A stretch of DNA of 63,986 bases, counting the filler, from Sanchytrium tribonematis (Eukaryota): assembly GCA_018985235.1 (NCBI GenBank). It is 5 parts of 5 records of this genome, joined end to end, with 100 filler letters (N's around TTAATTAATTAA, not from the genome) between each part and the next. Parts side by side here need not be neighbours in the genome. Positions count along the whole stretch, not along the records: positions 1 to 13,742 come from JADGIG010000183.1; positions 13,843 to 27,432 come from JADGIG010000184.1; 3 more parts are not named here. One strand, given 5' to 3'. Under the pieces are notes generated by a model. That model ran no database searches, was not told the origin of the DNA, and saw only the letters and a list, made by a program, of their open reading frames with translations. How positions within the stretch are numbered: the stretch's first letter is position 1; each line of letters begins with the position of its first letter. Positions 10,593 to 19,826 of the stretch are shown one piece after another. The position numbers and the translations under genes are program-made.

Positions 10593-11982
10593 ATGAGTGA
10601 AGAATTAAGTTCGCAAACTTTTGACGTTGTATTGTTGGGAACATCGCTTACAAATTGTATTTTATCTGGACTGCTTAGCGTTGAGGGCAAGAAGGTTCTT
10701 CATTTGGACCAAAATAATTATTATGGGGGAGCAAGCGCAAGTTTACCTCTTGGTGAATTTATAAAATTAAATAACTCAGTCAATACACCTGTCAGTCAAG
10801 ATCCAAATCTCGGAAAGGATAGAGATTGGAATATTGATTTAATTCCAAAACTAATGATGGCTAATGGAAAATTAGTACGAATGCTAATGCACACAAAAGT
10901 TAACGATTATTTGCAATTTCAACAAATCCAAGGATCTTATGTTTTGAGAGATGGTAAAATCAACAAAGTCCCAGTCACTGCCATGGAGGCATTGAATAGC
11001 AATCTAATGGGATTTTTTGAAAAAAGAAGAGCAAAGAATTTCTTTGAATTTGTAGAGGGAGTCAAGGAAAATGACCAAAAAACTTGGAAAGGTTTACATA
11101 TCTATCAGATGAATGTCAAATTAATATTTGATCATTTTGGACTAGAACCCGGTACTAGAGACTTCATAGGTCATTCTTTGGCTTTATATCTGGATGAATC
11201 GTACTTGACGTTACCTGCGTGGGACTGCATTGAAAAAATTCAACTCTACACTTCTTCCTTATTGCGATTCGGTAAAAGTCCATATGTTTACCCATTATAT
11301 GGTTTAGGAGAACTGCCTCAATCCTTTGCGAGACGATCTGCAACTTATGGTGGATTATTTATGCTTGATACGCCTGTGTCTGTTGATTTCGAAAATAATG
11401 CGGTGAAAGCTGTTCATACAAAAGAAGGTGTTGTGAATTGCTCCACAGTAATTGCAGATCCAACTTATTTTAAGGATCATGTTACATCTAGCGGAAAAGT
11501 GATAAGGGCAATCTGTTTTTTGAACCATGTTATTCCAGATACTGACAATAGCGATTCTTGTCAAATTATTTTACCACAAGGTCAAGTGAATCGTAAAAAT
11601 GATATGTAATTTAATGTAATGTAGATACATCTGTATGGTGGGTTGCAAACATAATGTTGCTAAAGATGGGTATTATATTGCCATTGTGTCCACAGTTTTA
11701 GAGCACGCCACAGATGTTGCTGGCGCTGAAAAAGAAATTGAACAAGGTCTTAAACTGCTAGGCCCAATTCATCAAAAGTTTGTTTTTATCAATGATTTAT
11801 TGGAGCCAAACTATATTAAGTCCTCTGAATTGAAACGAAATGGGTTATTTATTAGCAATAGTTTTGATGCCACCTCTCATTTTGAAACAGTTTGTCAAGA
11901 TGTACTCAGATTGTATAAAGAGGTTATGGGTAAAGAGCTTCACCTGAAATCATGGGAAGAATTGGCAAAACAGACTGAATAA
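10593..11982 (+). CDS. GDI1: Rab GDP dissociation inhibitor (exons 10593-11605, 11625-11982)
   Basis: FDVVLLGTSL..CILSGLLSVEGKKVLHLD, RDWNIDLIPK, YPLYGLGELPQ. Splicing restores RKNDIYICMV, followed by DATSHFET. Confidence 0.96.
11606..11624 (+). other. 19-nt spliceosomal intron
   Basis: GTAATTTAATGTAATGTAG; removal restores the GDI sequence NDIYICMV. Confidence 0.93.
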
Positions 11983-12096
11983 ATTGTTTACAAGATTGTG
12001 TAACTTGGTGTTCATTTGTGTAAAATAGTCTCCAATCAATCGAATGCATCTGGGTTTCTCAGACATTTAATGCTACAATCACCTTTTACGCATTGT

Positions 12097-12288
12097 ATGC
12101 ACTTGATTCAAATTGTATTAGCAGTACCGATGATGGGACCTGGGATGGGGTTTGGCATGGGCGCAAATCCATATGCATTAAATGCAGCCTATGAAGGCGA
12201 TAGAGCGGAGAAATGGAAACTGGCAACGATATTGTCGTCAACATTACTTGGATTTACAACATTTGCTGCGATGGTTTCGCATCGATAA
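12097..12288 (+). CDS. Small Gly/Met-rich protein with short leader and C-terminal hydrophobic helix
   Basis: MHLIQIVLA-VP-MMGPGMGFGMG...LATILSSTLLGFTTFAAMV; same layout as the next ORF. Confidence 0.55.
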   Translation: MHLIQIVLAVPMMGPGMGFGMGANPYALNAAYEGDRAEKWKLATILSSTLLGFTTFAAMVSHR

Positions 12289-12343
12289 TTACGATTAATA
12301 AATTTATTCCAGATTTATTTCCCTTTAACAGGGAGGAAGGGTC

Positions 12344-12553
12344 ATGCAATTTGGATTTTTGGTTGCTTCGGTTTCGGCAGTACCTATGTATAATGGTGGG
12401 TATACTGGCTATAACAACGGGTATAATACTGTCTATGGTGGCTGTTGTTTTTCATGTTCTGACTGGTATCCAGCCATAGTAGTGTCAAGTGTTTGGGCCT
12501 CTATTCTTGCGTTACTATATGCGGGCTCAAAAGGGCATCATGTCCATACTTAG
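12344..12553 (+). CDS. Small Gly/Tyr/Asn-rich protein with short leader and C-terminal hydrophobic helix
   Basis: MQFGFLVASVSA-VP-MYNGGYTGYNNGY...AIVVSSVWASILALLYAG. Confidence 0.6.
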   Translation: MQFGFLVASVSAVPMYNGGYTGYNNGYNTVYGGCCFSCSDWYPAIVVSSVWASILALLYAGSKGHHVHT

Positions 12554-13098
12554 TAAATTTATGTTTTAACTAAATTGATTTCAAGTAACATTTGATTCCG
12601 TTATAAAATAAAATTCAATAATTTTTGATGAAAGATTGCTGCGTTTTAGTCTGTGATTGTAATTTGGTCTTATCCGTTTAACAAATTTACATTATTTATC
12701 GACTGCTATTCCCCATTCGTTTTAATAATGTTCAAATTGATGCAAAGCAAATTCTGTCAAATTTTTGACGCACTTGATTATAAAAAATGGAGTATCTTAA
12801 ATTGATAATTAGGTCTTCATTTTTTGAATTGAGTTGCTTTTTTACATTGTGGTGTATAATATTTTCATGTGGTTCCACCCTTAGACATTATAAAAAGTCA
12901 TGTTAAATCCAAACGAAGTGGTTAAATATTTTAATTGAAAATTTTTCAAGCATAAACTTTTGATTATATAACAAAAATGTCTCGCAACACTTTAGTTGAG
13001 AATTAAAAAAAAACTATCAAGTCCATATTTTATTGCTTCCCAAAATACAATGTTTAGATAAATGATAATTTAACACTATTGAATAGAATGTTAATCAT

Positions 13099-13676
13099 TT
13101 TTCACTATTGTCAAGGCCATTTCCACTTGAGGTGCAGTGACACTTCGGGTGGTGAAAACTCATTATGCTTTTATTGAAACATTCTATGCCTTAAATTAAA
13201 AAGTTTGGAATTTTACATTGCAAATGCCGACTTTCTTCCAATTTAATTCAAGATTCAAAGAGGGACATCAGATCGTATAATGAAAATGTTGTTTAAAATT
13301 TCCAAATTTTAAAAAATTAAGATTCCAATGACCGCAATTTTTAATAAGTGAAATTAATGGTGAGACTAAATATATGAGGTAAGGCTACTTCATTTGGCTT
13401 GTTGACTCAGATTTTTTATAATTTGTCAGTCGAACAACCAAAAGCGGAGATTTCCAGGCGTTTCCTTATAGCGCCTGTTTTCAATATTTATAAAAATACT
13501 CCAATAGTCAACCTGGCACACCGAAGACCAAGAAAACATTATACAAAAGTCGTCTAGTTCATTTTATTTGATCTAATGCCTCGGGTGTGCTCTGACAGTC
13601 ATAAATAATAATGAAATCTAAAGATAAATTTACTTGATGCATTGGAAAAACTAGTCCAATAGTTTTTTATCAATGC
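13099..13676 (+). ncRNA. Candidate structured non-coding RNA or RNA cluster, family unassigned
   Basis: No ORF of 60 aa or more in 12554-13742. Several stems with G-U pairs favouring the + strand: 13099-13158, 13395-13440, 13446-13482, 13507-13596, 13639-13676. Confidence 0.4.
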
Positions 13677-13742
13677 CTCTGTAATGCACCGTTTTTCTAT
13701 GCTTCTTAAGATCGAATTTCCTTTTAAAAGTCTTGTCACACA

Positions 13743-13842
13743 NNNNNNNNNNNNNNNNNNNNNNNNNNNNNNNNNNNNNNNNNNNNTTAATTAATTAANN
13801 NNNNNNNNNNNNNNNNNNNNNNNNNNNNNNNNNNNNNNNNNN
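13743..13842. other. Artificial contig-joining spacer
   Basis: N-run, TTAATTAATTAA (stops in all six frames), N-run; 100 nt; repeated four times in the window. Confidence 0.98.
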
Positions 13843-13995
13843 TAGCAAGTATTTGTAATCATTAGACATTTTTTCCACATAATGGTCGAAAAAGTCTGTC
13901 TTTTCTTCTACAATTGGAAATGGGACCAAGTCCTGGAGATTTTCTTTGGAATACATGCGTGCTTCTGCTGACATGTCGTCATCGTCTTGGTCCAT
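13843..13995 (-). CDS. 5' fragment of an unidentified protein, truncated by the contig end
   Basis: Open frame MDQDDDDMSAEARMYSKENLQDLVPFP... runs into the spacer; start codon uncertain. Confidence 0.5.
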
Positions 13996-14182
13996 AGAAT
14001 GGTCTCTTGAATGTACTTTGTGTCTCATGAAAATAAAATACTCCGCTTGTGACAAACAATTTTGTTGAATAAACAAATGTATGTAGTTTATCTCTTGTGA
14101 TTCTCCACAATCTACTTCAATTACGCACTGCTTACGATCAGATCCAGCTTACAACTCATATCGCAAAGGGGATAGTGATACA

Positions 14183-15211
14183 ATGCAAACAAGTAAAAGA
14201 GTTGCGTATTGGATGTTTGGAACATCTGGGCTTGTGGCATCAATTATTGTAGTCGGAGGAGTCACACGGCTCACAGAATCAGGACTTTCTATAACTCAAT
14301 GGAATTTAATCTCAGGTATGAAATATCCATCAAAAGAAGGATGGACTATTGAATATGAAAAGTACAAAAAGACTCCAGAATTTAAATTACTCAATCACCA
14401 AATGAATCTTGAAGAGTTTAAGGGAATTTATTTTTGGGAATGGTTTCATAGAATGCTTGGAAGGTCTATTGGGCTTTATGTTACTATTCCTGGCTTGTAT
14501 TTTATGTACAAAAATGAAATGAGCAGGAGTATCAGGAAGAGATCTCTTGGGCTAATGGCATTGGTAGCTGGACAAGGCGCATTGGGTTGGTACATGGTAA
14601 AGTCGGGATTGGATGACAAATTAATTGAAAAGGCAGAAACACCACGAGTCTCTCCATATAGGCTCGCAGCGCATTTAACATCTGCTTTTGGTATTTACTG
14701 TTTGTCATTTTACAGTGGCCTACAAATACTGACTCCTCATCGGGTCAAAAATCCTTTATTTTCTCTTGGGGTTGGTATGTTCGGATTGTCAGCCATGACA
14801 GCAACCAGCGGTGCATTTGTTGCAGGTTTGGATGCCGGCCTTGTATATAATACATGGCCATTGATGGAGAACTCATTCATTCCCTCTACGGAGGAGTTAA
14901 CCCATATTAAGCCAAAATGGAGAAACATATTTGAAAATCAAACAACTGTTCAGTTAGATCACAGATTGTTAGCCTACACAACATTTTCCTCCATCGTTGG
15001 ACTTTTCGCGTACGCCAAATCAAAAGGCGCGCATCCTAAAATTTTAAAATCCATTAAAGGTGCCATGCACATGGTCATTTTGCAAGCAACTTTGGGAATT
15101 ACTACTTTGATATACTTAGTACCTCTTCCCCTAGCAGCAGCACATCAAGCCGGTAGCGTCGGAGTACTCACCACAATGCTATTGATGCTTCATAAACTGC
15201 GACTCTTTTAA
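14183..15211 (+). CDS. COX15: Heme A synthase
   Basis: VGGVTRLTESGLSI, FWEWFHRMLGR, LGWYMVKSGL, RVSPYRLAAHL, VAGLDAG, HRLLAY, AAAHQAG. Confidence 0.96.
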   Translation: MQTSKRVAYWMFGTSGLVASIIVVGGVTRLTESGLSITQWNLISGMKYPSKEGWTIEYEKYKKTPEFKLLNHQMNLEEFKGIYFWEWFHRMLGRSIGLYVTIPGLYFMYKNEMSRSIRKRSLGLMALVAGQGALGWYMVKSGLDDKLIEKAETPRVSPYRLAAHLTSAFGIYCLSFYSGLQILTPHRVKNPLFSLGVGMFGLSAMTATSGAFVAGLDAGLVYNTWPLMENSFIPSTEELTHIKPKWRNIFENQTTVQLDHRLLAYTTFSSIVGLFAYAKSKGAHPKILKSIKGAMHMVILQATLGITTLIYLVPLPLAAAHQAGSVGVLTTMLLMLHKLRLF

Positions 15212-15247
15212 TAAAAAATATAATATTAAATTTGGGGGTTGAAACTG

Positions 15248-16651
15248 ATGGCTGTAAGTATTGCTCAAGCTTTGACCGTTTTGCAAATAGCTGTAGTGAT
15301 TTATTTTGGCTACAATTCATTGAATTTGAAAGTGTTTTTGAGTGATAATTTAATTCAGAATAAAATAACCAACAAGCCTATTCAATTTTCAATACGGCAG
15401 GAAAATAAGCTTTTTAAAAAGACAGTTATTACAAGGCCGATGGATCCATTAATATTAAAGCTAAGAGTTTTGGTCGACAAGCCGCTACTTATTTGTATCG
15501 AAGATGCTTGCATTAATACCAACATTAAAGTTAACGAAACTCATTTCCAGAAGAATTTCACGTATAACATTATTGACGGAGACTTTGATGCTGGATACAC
15601 ACGTCAACTACGTAATAATGTTCCTTATCCATTTCATAACCAATTTTATCATTTATATCAAAATATGGAGAAAGTAAAAGGTGACAAAGTGGATGTAAAA
15701 ATACAGATTTACGACATTTCCTTTTACAAATACACTTTGTTCTTACATTACGCTGCCTCTTTTCAAGAATTACGCAGTGTGTTAAAAGAAAAAGATATAG
15801 ACCAATTTAAAAATATTTTCATCGACACAAATTTTTATTATCTAATTTTAACACTATCAGTAAGTGTTTTGCATACAGTGCTTGATTTTTTTGCTTTCAA
15901 AAATGATGTTTTGTTTTGGAAAGACAAAAAAGCAAAAAAGGATTTCACCGGATTATCAGTCACAACAATTGGAATCAATATTATTTGCCAGTTTGTCATA
16001 TTGTTATTTCTGATTGACTCGGGAAAAACCAATACTGTAATTATTGTGAGCTCATTGGCAAATTTGGCTATAGAGACTTGGAAGTGCTCTAAACTCGTTT
16101 CACTTGACGGATTCAAATTCAAAATCGACCAAGATGAACAAACGTGGCATTTCGACAAAATGGCATTCAGGTGGATGAGTATACTTTTATCTCCAATACT
16201 GATTGGATATTCCATTTATTGCCTAATGTATAATACATATTCAAGTAATTATTCTCTCGTGATTACAATCTCTGCATCATTCGTCTACGGCTTTCAATTT
16301 GCAACCTTAACTCCTCAACTTTTCATCAATTATCATATGAAAAGCGTGTCTCATCTCCCATGGAGAATGTTGACTTACAAATTTCTAGGTACCATTGTTG
16401 ACGATTTGTTTGCATTTATTATAGAAATGCCATTCCTTCACCGACTTGCATGTTTTCGGGATGATATAATTTTTGTGATAGCTATTTATCAAAGGTACTT
16501 ATACCCCGTTGACAAGACCCGTGTGAATGAATACGGTCAGGTATTTGAAAAAGGCGAGAAAACGGAAGACAGTGCCGAGAAGGACAGTAAAAAGATTGGA
16601 GAAGTCGAGACAAGCTCCAAAAGAGATACTTTAAGAAAAAGAGTCAAATAA
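15248..16651 (+). CDS. CLPTM1-family membrane protein
   Basis: LHTVLDFFAFKNDV.FWK, PQLFINYHMKSVSHLPWR.LTYKF, HRLACFRDD, YQRYLYPVDKTRVNEYG. Confidence 0.93.
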   Translation: MAVSIAQALTVLQIAVVIYFGYNSLNLKVFLSDNLIQNKITNKPIQFSIRQENKLFKKTVITRPMDPLILKLRVLVDKPLLICIEDACINTNIKVNETHFQKNFTYNIIDGDFDAGYTRQLRNNVPYPFHNQFYHLYQNMEKVKGDKVDVKIQIYDISFYKYTLFLHYAASFQELRSVLKEKDIDQFKNIFIDTNFYYLILTLSVSVLHTVLDFFAFKNDVLFWKDKKAKKDFTGLSVTTIGINIICQFVILLFLIDSGKTNTVIIVSSLANLAIETWKCSKLVSLDGFKFKIDQDEQTWHFDKMAFRWMSILLSPILIGYSIYCLMYNTYSSNYSLVITISASFVYGFQFATLTPQLFINYHMKSVSHLPWRMLTYKFLGTIVDDLFAFIIEMPFLHRLACFRDDIIFVIAIYQRYLYPVDKTRVNEYGQVFEKGEKTEDSAEKDSKKIGEVETSSKRDTLRKRVK

Positions 16652-16656
16652 ATTCA

Positions 16657-17595
16657 TTAAACGAACCACAAGGTCGAAGGACTGGAAGTAACCCTTTTTC
16701 TTTTGTCGAATTGGCGCTTAATGTTTCTTTCAGCCCATTCCTCCCGTTTGAGACCACCAAACCAGCTATTTTGTACAAAAGCGGGTCGCTTGACAACGGA
16801 AATGAGATTCTGCGCCAGCATTTCTCCAATATTTGGTCTTTTTTCATGGTTTGGATTCACTGCCTTGATAATAAAGTCTGAAATGTGCTTAAAAATTGGA
16901 GGGAAGAGATCAGCATGTTCAAGGCATGTTATCTGCATAAAATCGTCCAAATTCTCTATATAGTCATTGAGTTTTGATGGCAGATATCTACTGTGCAACA
17001 TGGGTACGGTGCAGAAATAAGAATCAAGCCAAGTGCCTAACACGATGCCAAGCATAAAGATGTCCATTTTATTGCTAACATAAGGACGAAGGTCTTCATG
17101 TATTATCTCAGGTGCCCATGTTTGCGATCTTAATTTCACAATGTCATACTTATTATCAATAATAATATCCTGCAATTCACCAAGAACCAATGAATCGCCT
17201 TTCAAGTAACAAGAATTTGGATGAATATTTGAATGTATAATTTTTTCATCGTGAAGAAATTCAACTGCTGATAAAAGTTGATGAAACCATTTTAGCAGTA
17301 TTTGCATATCGCAATTAGAATCCAATAGCTCATATCTTGGAGTGACTCTCATGGGCAATGAAAGGGATAAGCTTTTTGGCAGGCCTTCAACTCTACTTTC
17401 TTCATAAATATATTCAAGTGTTTCTTCCAAATTGGTAAATTCGAAATTTAATAATTGCATTAATACATCTTCGCTGGCGTTTTTGCAGCTGTGAAATAAG
17501 AAAAATTCGTCCTCTTTTTTAAATGGTATAGAATCTATGATCCTGTCAGAATTTAAAACGATAAATGGAGTAGAATCATAGTAATAGCAACTCAT
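16657..17595 (-). CDS. Protein kinase-like domain, probable pseudokinase
   Basis: QLLSAVEFLHDEKIIHSNIHP (HRD replaced by HSN), no DFG, WAPE, KMDIFMLG, P.KRP. Confidence 0.75.
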   Translation of the reverse strand: MSCYYYDSTPFIVLNSDRIIDSIPFKKEDEFFLFHSCKNASEDVLMQLLNFEFTNLEETLEYIYEESRVEGLPKSLSLSLPMRVTPRYELLDSNCDMQILLKWFHQLLSAVEFLHDEKIIHSNIHPNSCYLKGDSLVLGELQDIIIDNKYDIVKLRSQTWAPEIIHEDLRPYVSNKMDIFMLGIVLGTWLDSYFCTVPMLHSRYLPSKLNDYIENLDDFMQITCLEHADLFPPIFKHISDFIIKAVNPNHEKRPNIGEMLAQNLISVVKRPAFVQNSWFGGLKREEWAERNIKRQFDKRKRVTSSPSTLWFV

Positions 17596-17689
17596 TTTGC
17601 TGCCTGAAAACCCTTTGTGACAGTCTTGTAATAATTTAATTTTGGCCTTAATGTGTTACTTCTATTAAGAATATCTAATTTATTACTTG

Positions 17690-18130
17690 CTAAATTTGAG
17701 CTAGTTCACGGATGTGTGTAGAAAGATAGAATTTTTTCAAAGTGTCTTTGTTTAGATATTTTGCACCTTGTACAGAACGTATACAATCTTTTGATTTGCA
17801 CCAGCATTCAAACGGTTCCTTCATTTCCCATTCTGTACTTGGATAGAAAAACGTCAATTCATCACCTTGTTTGATCTCGCTCAAAGCACACAAGGTTTCA
17901 TTTTTGAAATAAACATTTGGAGAGCAGCTATGGTTCAAATACACCAGTTCGTCTAGCAAAAGGCCATGTTTGTCAAGTCCTAGTTGTACAGTTTTATAGG
18001 TTTTGTCATTAAGTTTGTAATTTAACTTTCTTATTTCTTCATCCTTATAAAAGTCTTTATCAGCTACAACTTTCGCCAAACGTCCTTCATCATTTTGTCC
18101 TTCTACGTGAATGTTTTGCTTTGCTGTCAT
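17690..18130 (-). CDS. Small SET / post-SET domain protein
   Basis: YLNHSCSPN, GDELTFFYPSTEW, FECWCKSKDC. Confidence 0.9.
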   Translation of the reverse strand: MTAKQNIHVEGQNDEGRLAKVVADKDFYKDEEIRKLNYKLNDKTYKTVQLGLDKHGLLLDELVYLNHSCSPNVYFKNETLCALSEIKQGDELTFFYPSTEWEMKEPFECWCKSKDCIRSVQGAKYLNKDTLKKFYLSTHIRELAQI

Positions 18131-18164
18131 TTAAAATTTAAGCGCGGTTGCCAAACGTGAGGGG

Positions 18165-19202
18165 ATGCAACGTATTTCAAAGGATGAGCTGTGGGGAAGC
18201 ATAGACGGACTGGCAAGCTTGTTGCCGGATGATGTTAAAGAATTTTGCAACAACTACAAGCGCAATATACCTGAAAAGAAAAAGAAATTTCTCTTTCACT
18301 TTCCGATTAAAAAAAATGTTATGACTTGTATTATTCAAGAAGCTTTATTAGTGATCAAAGGAGAGCCCGCCCTTTTAAGAATTGAGGGAAGTTGCATTTT
18401 AATTTCGGACATTCATGGGCAATTTAACGACTTATTTGTGATTTTTAACAAGCATGGATTTCCACCTACCCAAAAATATTTGTTTTTAGGGGATTACGTA
18501 GATCGTGGCTATCAATCGCTAGAAACGATTCTCCTCTTGCTGTGCTTTAAGGCGTTGTATCCGAAGCATATATATCTTTTAAGAGGCAATCATGAGGCAG
18601 CAAGTGTTAATAGAATATATGGTTTTTACGATGAATGTAAAAGAAAATGCAGCGTAAGTATTTGGAAATCATTTGTGGATTTCTTTAATCACCTGCCTAT
18701 ATCTGCTATTTTAAACGACAAAATATTCTGTGTTCATGGTGGAATTTCGCCAGAGTTGCAAACTCTAGATCAGATCACAAATATATTCCGACCATGCGAT
18801 ATTCCAGATAAGGGTCTTTTGTGTGATTTATTATGGAGTGACCCTACCGAAAAACTCGAGGATTTTGGTGAAAATGAAAGAGGTGTGTCTGTTACTTTTG
18901 GAGGAAAAAGTATAGAAGCATTTCTTAATACAAATAATCTTGACTTGATTATTCGAGGGCACTTGGTGATTGAGGATGGGTATTTATTTCATAGCAAAAA
19001 GAGATGCGTCACTTTGTTTTCTGCCCCAAATTACTGCGGCGAATTTGATAATGTGGGTAGCACTATGACTGTCAATCGCGATTTAAAATGTTCATTCACA
19101 ATATTTGAGCCATGGAGGCGTGCCAGATACATCAAGCATGCTGAACTGCCGAAGGATGAAACAGAGCCATTTATTCAATATCCTGCAAATTATATTAAAT
19201 AA
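18165..19202 (+). CDS. PPP-family Ser/Thr phosphatase, divergent PP1-like
   Basis: [38 protein letters not shown]. Confidence 0.93.
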   Translation: MQRISKDELWGSIDGLASLLPDDVKEFCNNYKRNIPEKKKKFLFHFPIKKNVMTCIIQEALLVIKGEPALLRIEGSCILISDIHGQFNDLFVIFNKHGFPPTQKYLFLGDYVDRGYQSLETILLLLCFKALYPKHIYLLRGNHEAASVNRIYGFYDECKRKCSVSIWKSFVDFFNHLPISAILNDKIFCVHGGISPELQTLDQITNIFRPCDIPDKGLLCDLLWSDPTEKLEDFGENERGVSVTFGGKSIEAFLNTNNLDLIIRGHLVIEDGYLFHSKKRCVTLFSAPNYCGEFDNVGSTMTVNRDLKCSFTIFEPWRRARYIKHAELPKDETEPFIQYPANYIK

Positions 19203-19217
19203 GTTTGACAATATTAT

Positions 19218-19670
19218 TTATTCGTCACTTTCATCCATAACATCGATGATTTCTTCCTCGATCTCATTCTCTTCTTTGGGAGAAAACGCATGATCTAACT
19301 TGGCCTTCGATTGCTCGAACAACTTTTGTTGCTCAAGTAAAAGTGTTTCTTCTGGCTTCTCAGATTTCGGTTTCTTCAATGTGTATTTTTTGCTTTGCGT
19401 TTTAAAGTCTTCAAAGGCGGCTTTAACCGGAGAAACGAATTCCTCAAACCCTAACGCTTCCAAAGCGCTAATAATGTGCTCTCCATTTATAGTCTTCTTG
19501 CCAAATTTTTCACAAGTTTCGTTTGCCTCTGAAGTTATCAAGTGTATAAACTCTATGCAACAGTTCATAAGTACTTGCCTAGTTTCCTTGACACATCCTA
19601 TATCTGAAGGAAGGTATTCTTTAATCAGTTTATCCAAAGTGGCTCGTGGAAGTTGCAAAGAATCATCCAT
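19218..19670 (-). CDS. NCB2: Negative cofactor 2 beta subunit (Dr1, histone fold)
   Basis: LPRATLDKLIKE, CCIEFIHLITSEANE.CEK..KKTI..EHII.AL..LGF. Confidence 0.93.
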   Translation of the reverse strand: MDDSLQLPRATLDKLIKEYLPSDIGCVKETRQVLMNCCIEFIHLITSEANETCEKFGKKTINGEHIISALEALGFEEFVSPVKAAFEDFKTQSKKYTLKKPKSEKPEETLLLEQQKLFEQSKAKLDHAFSPKEENEIEEEIIDVMDESDE

Positions 19671-19826
19671 GGCTGGCTAAAACAATGGAGATCTTTGAAA
19701 AAGTTTTAACTCTAGAGAAACACTAGCTGAAAAGAGCACTAAAAATCTGCTAGTGGCAATGAAAACCAGTTATACGAGATATGTTTCATTAAATTTGTGC
19801 CAAGCCAGCAACAAAATTTTTAATAC

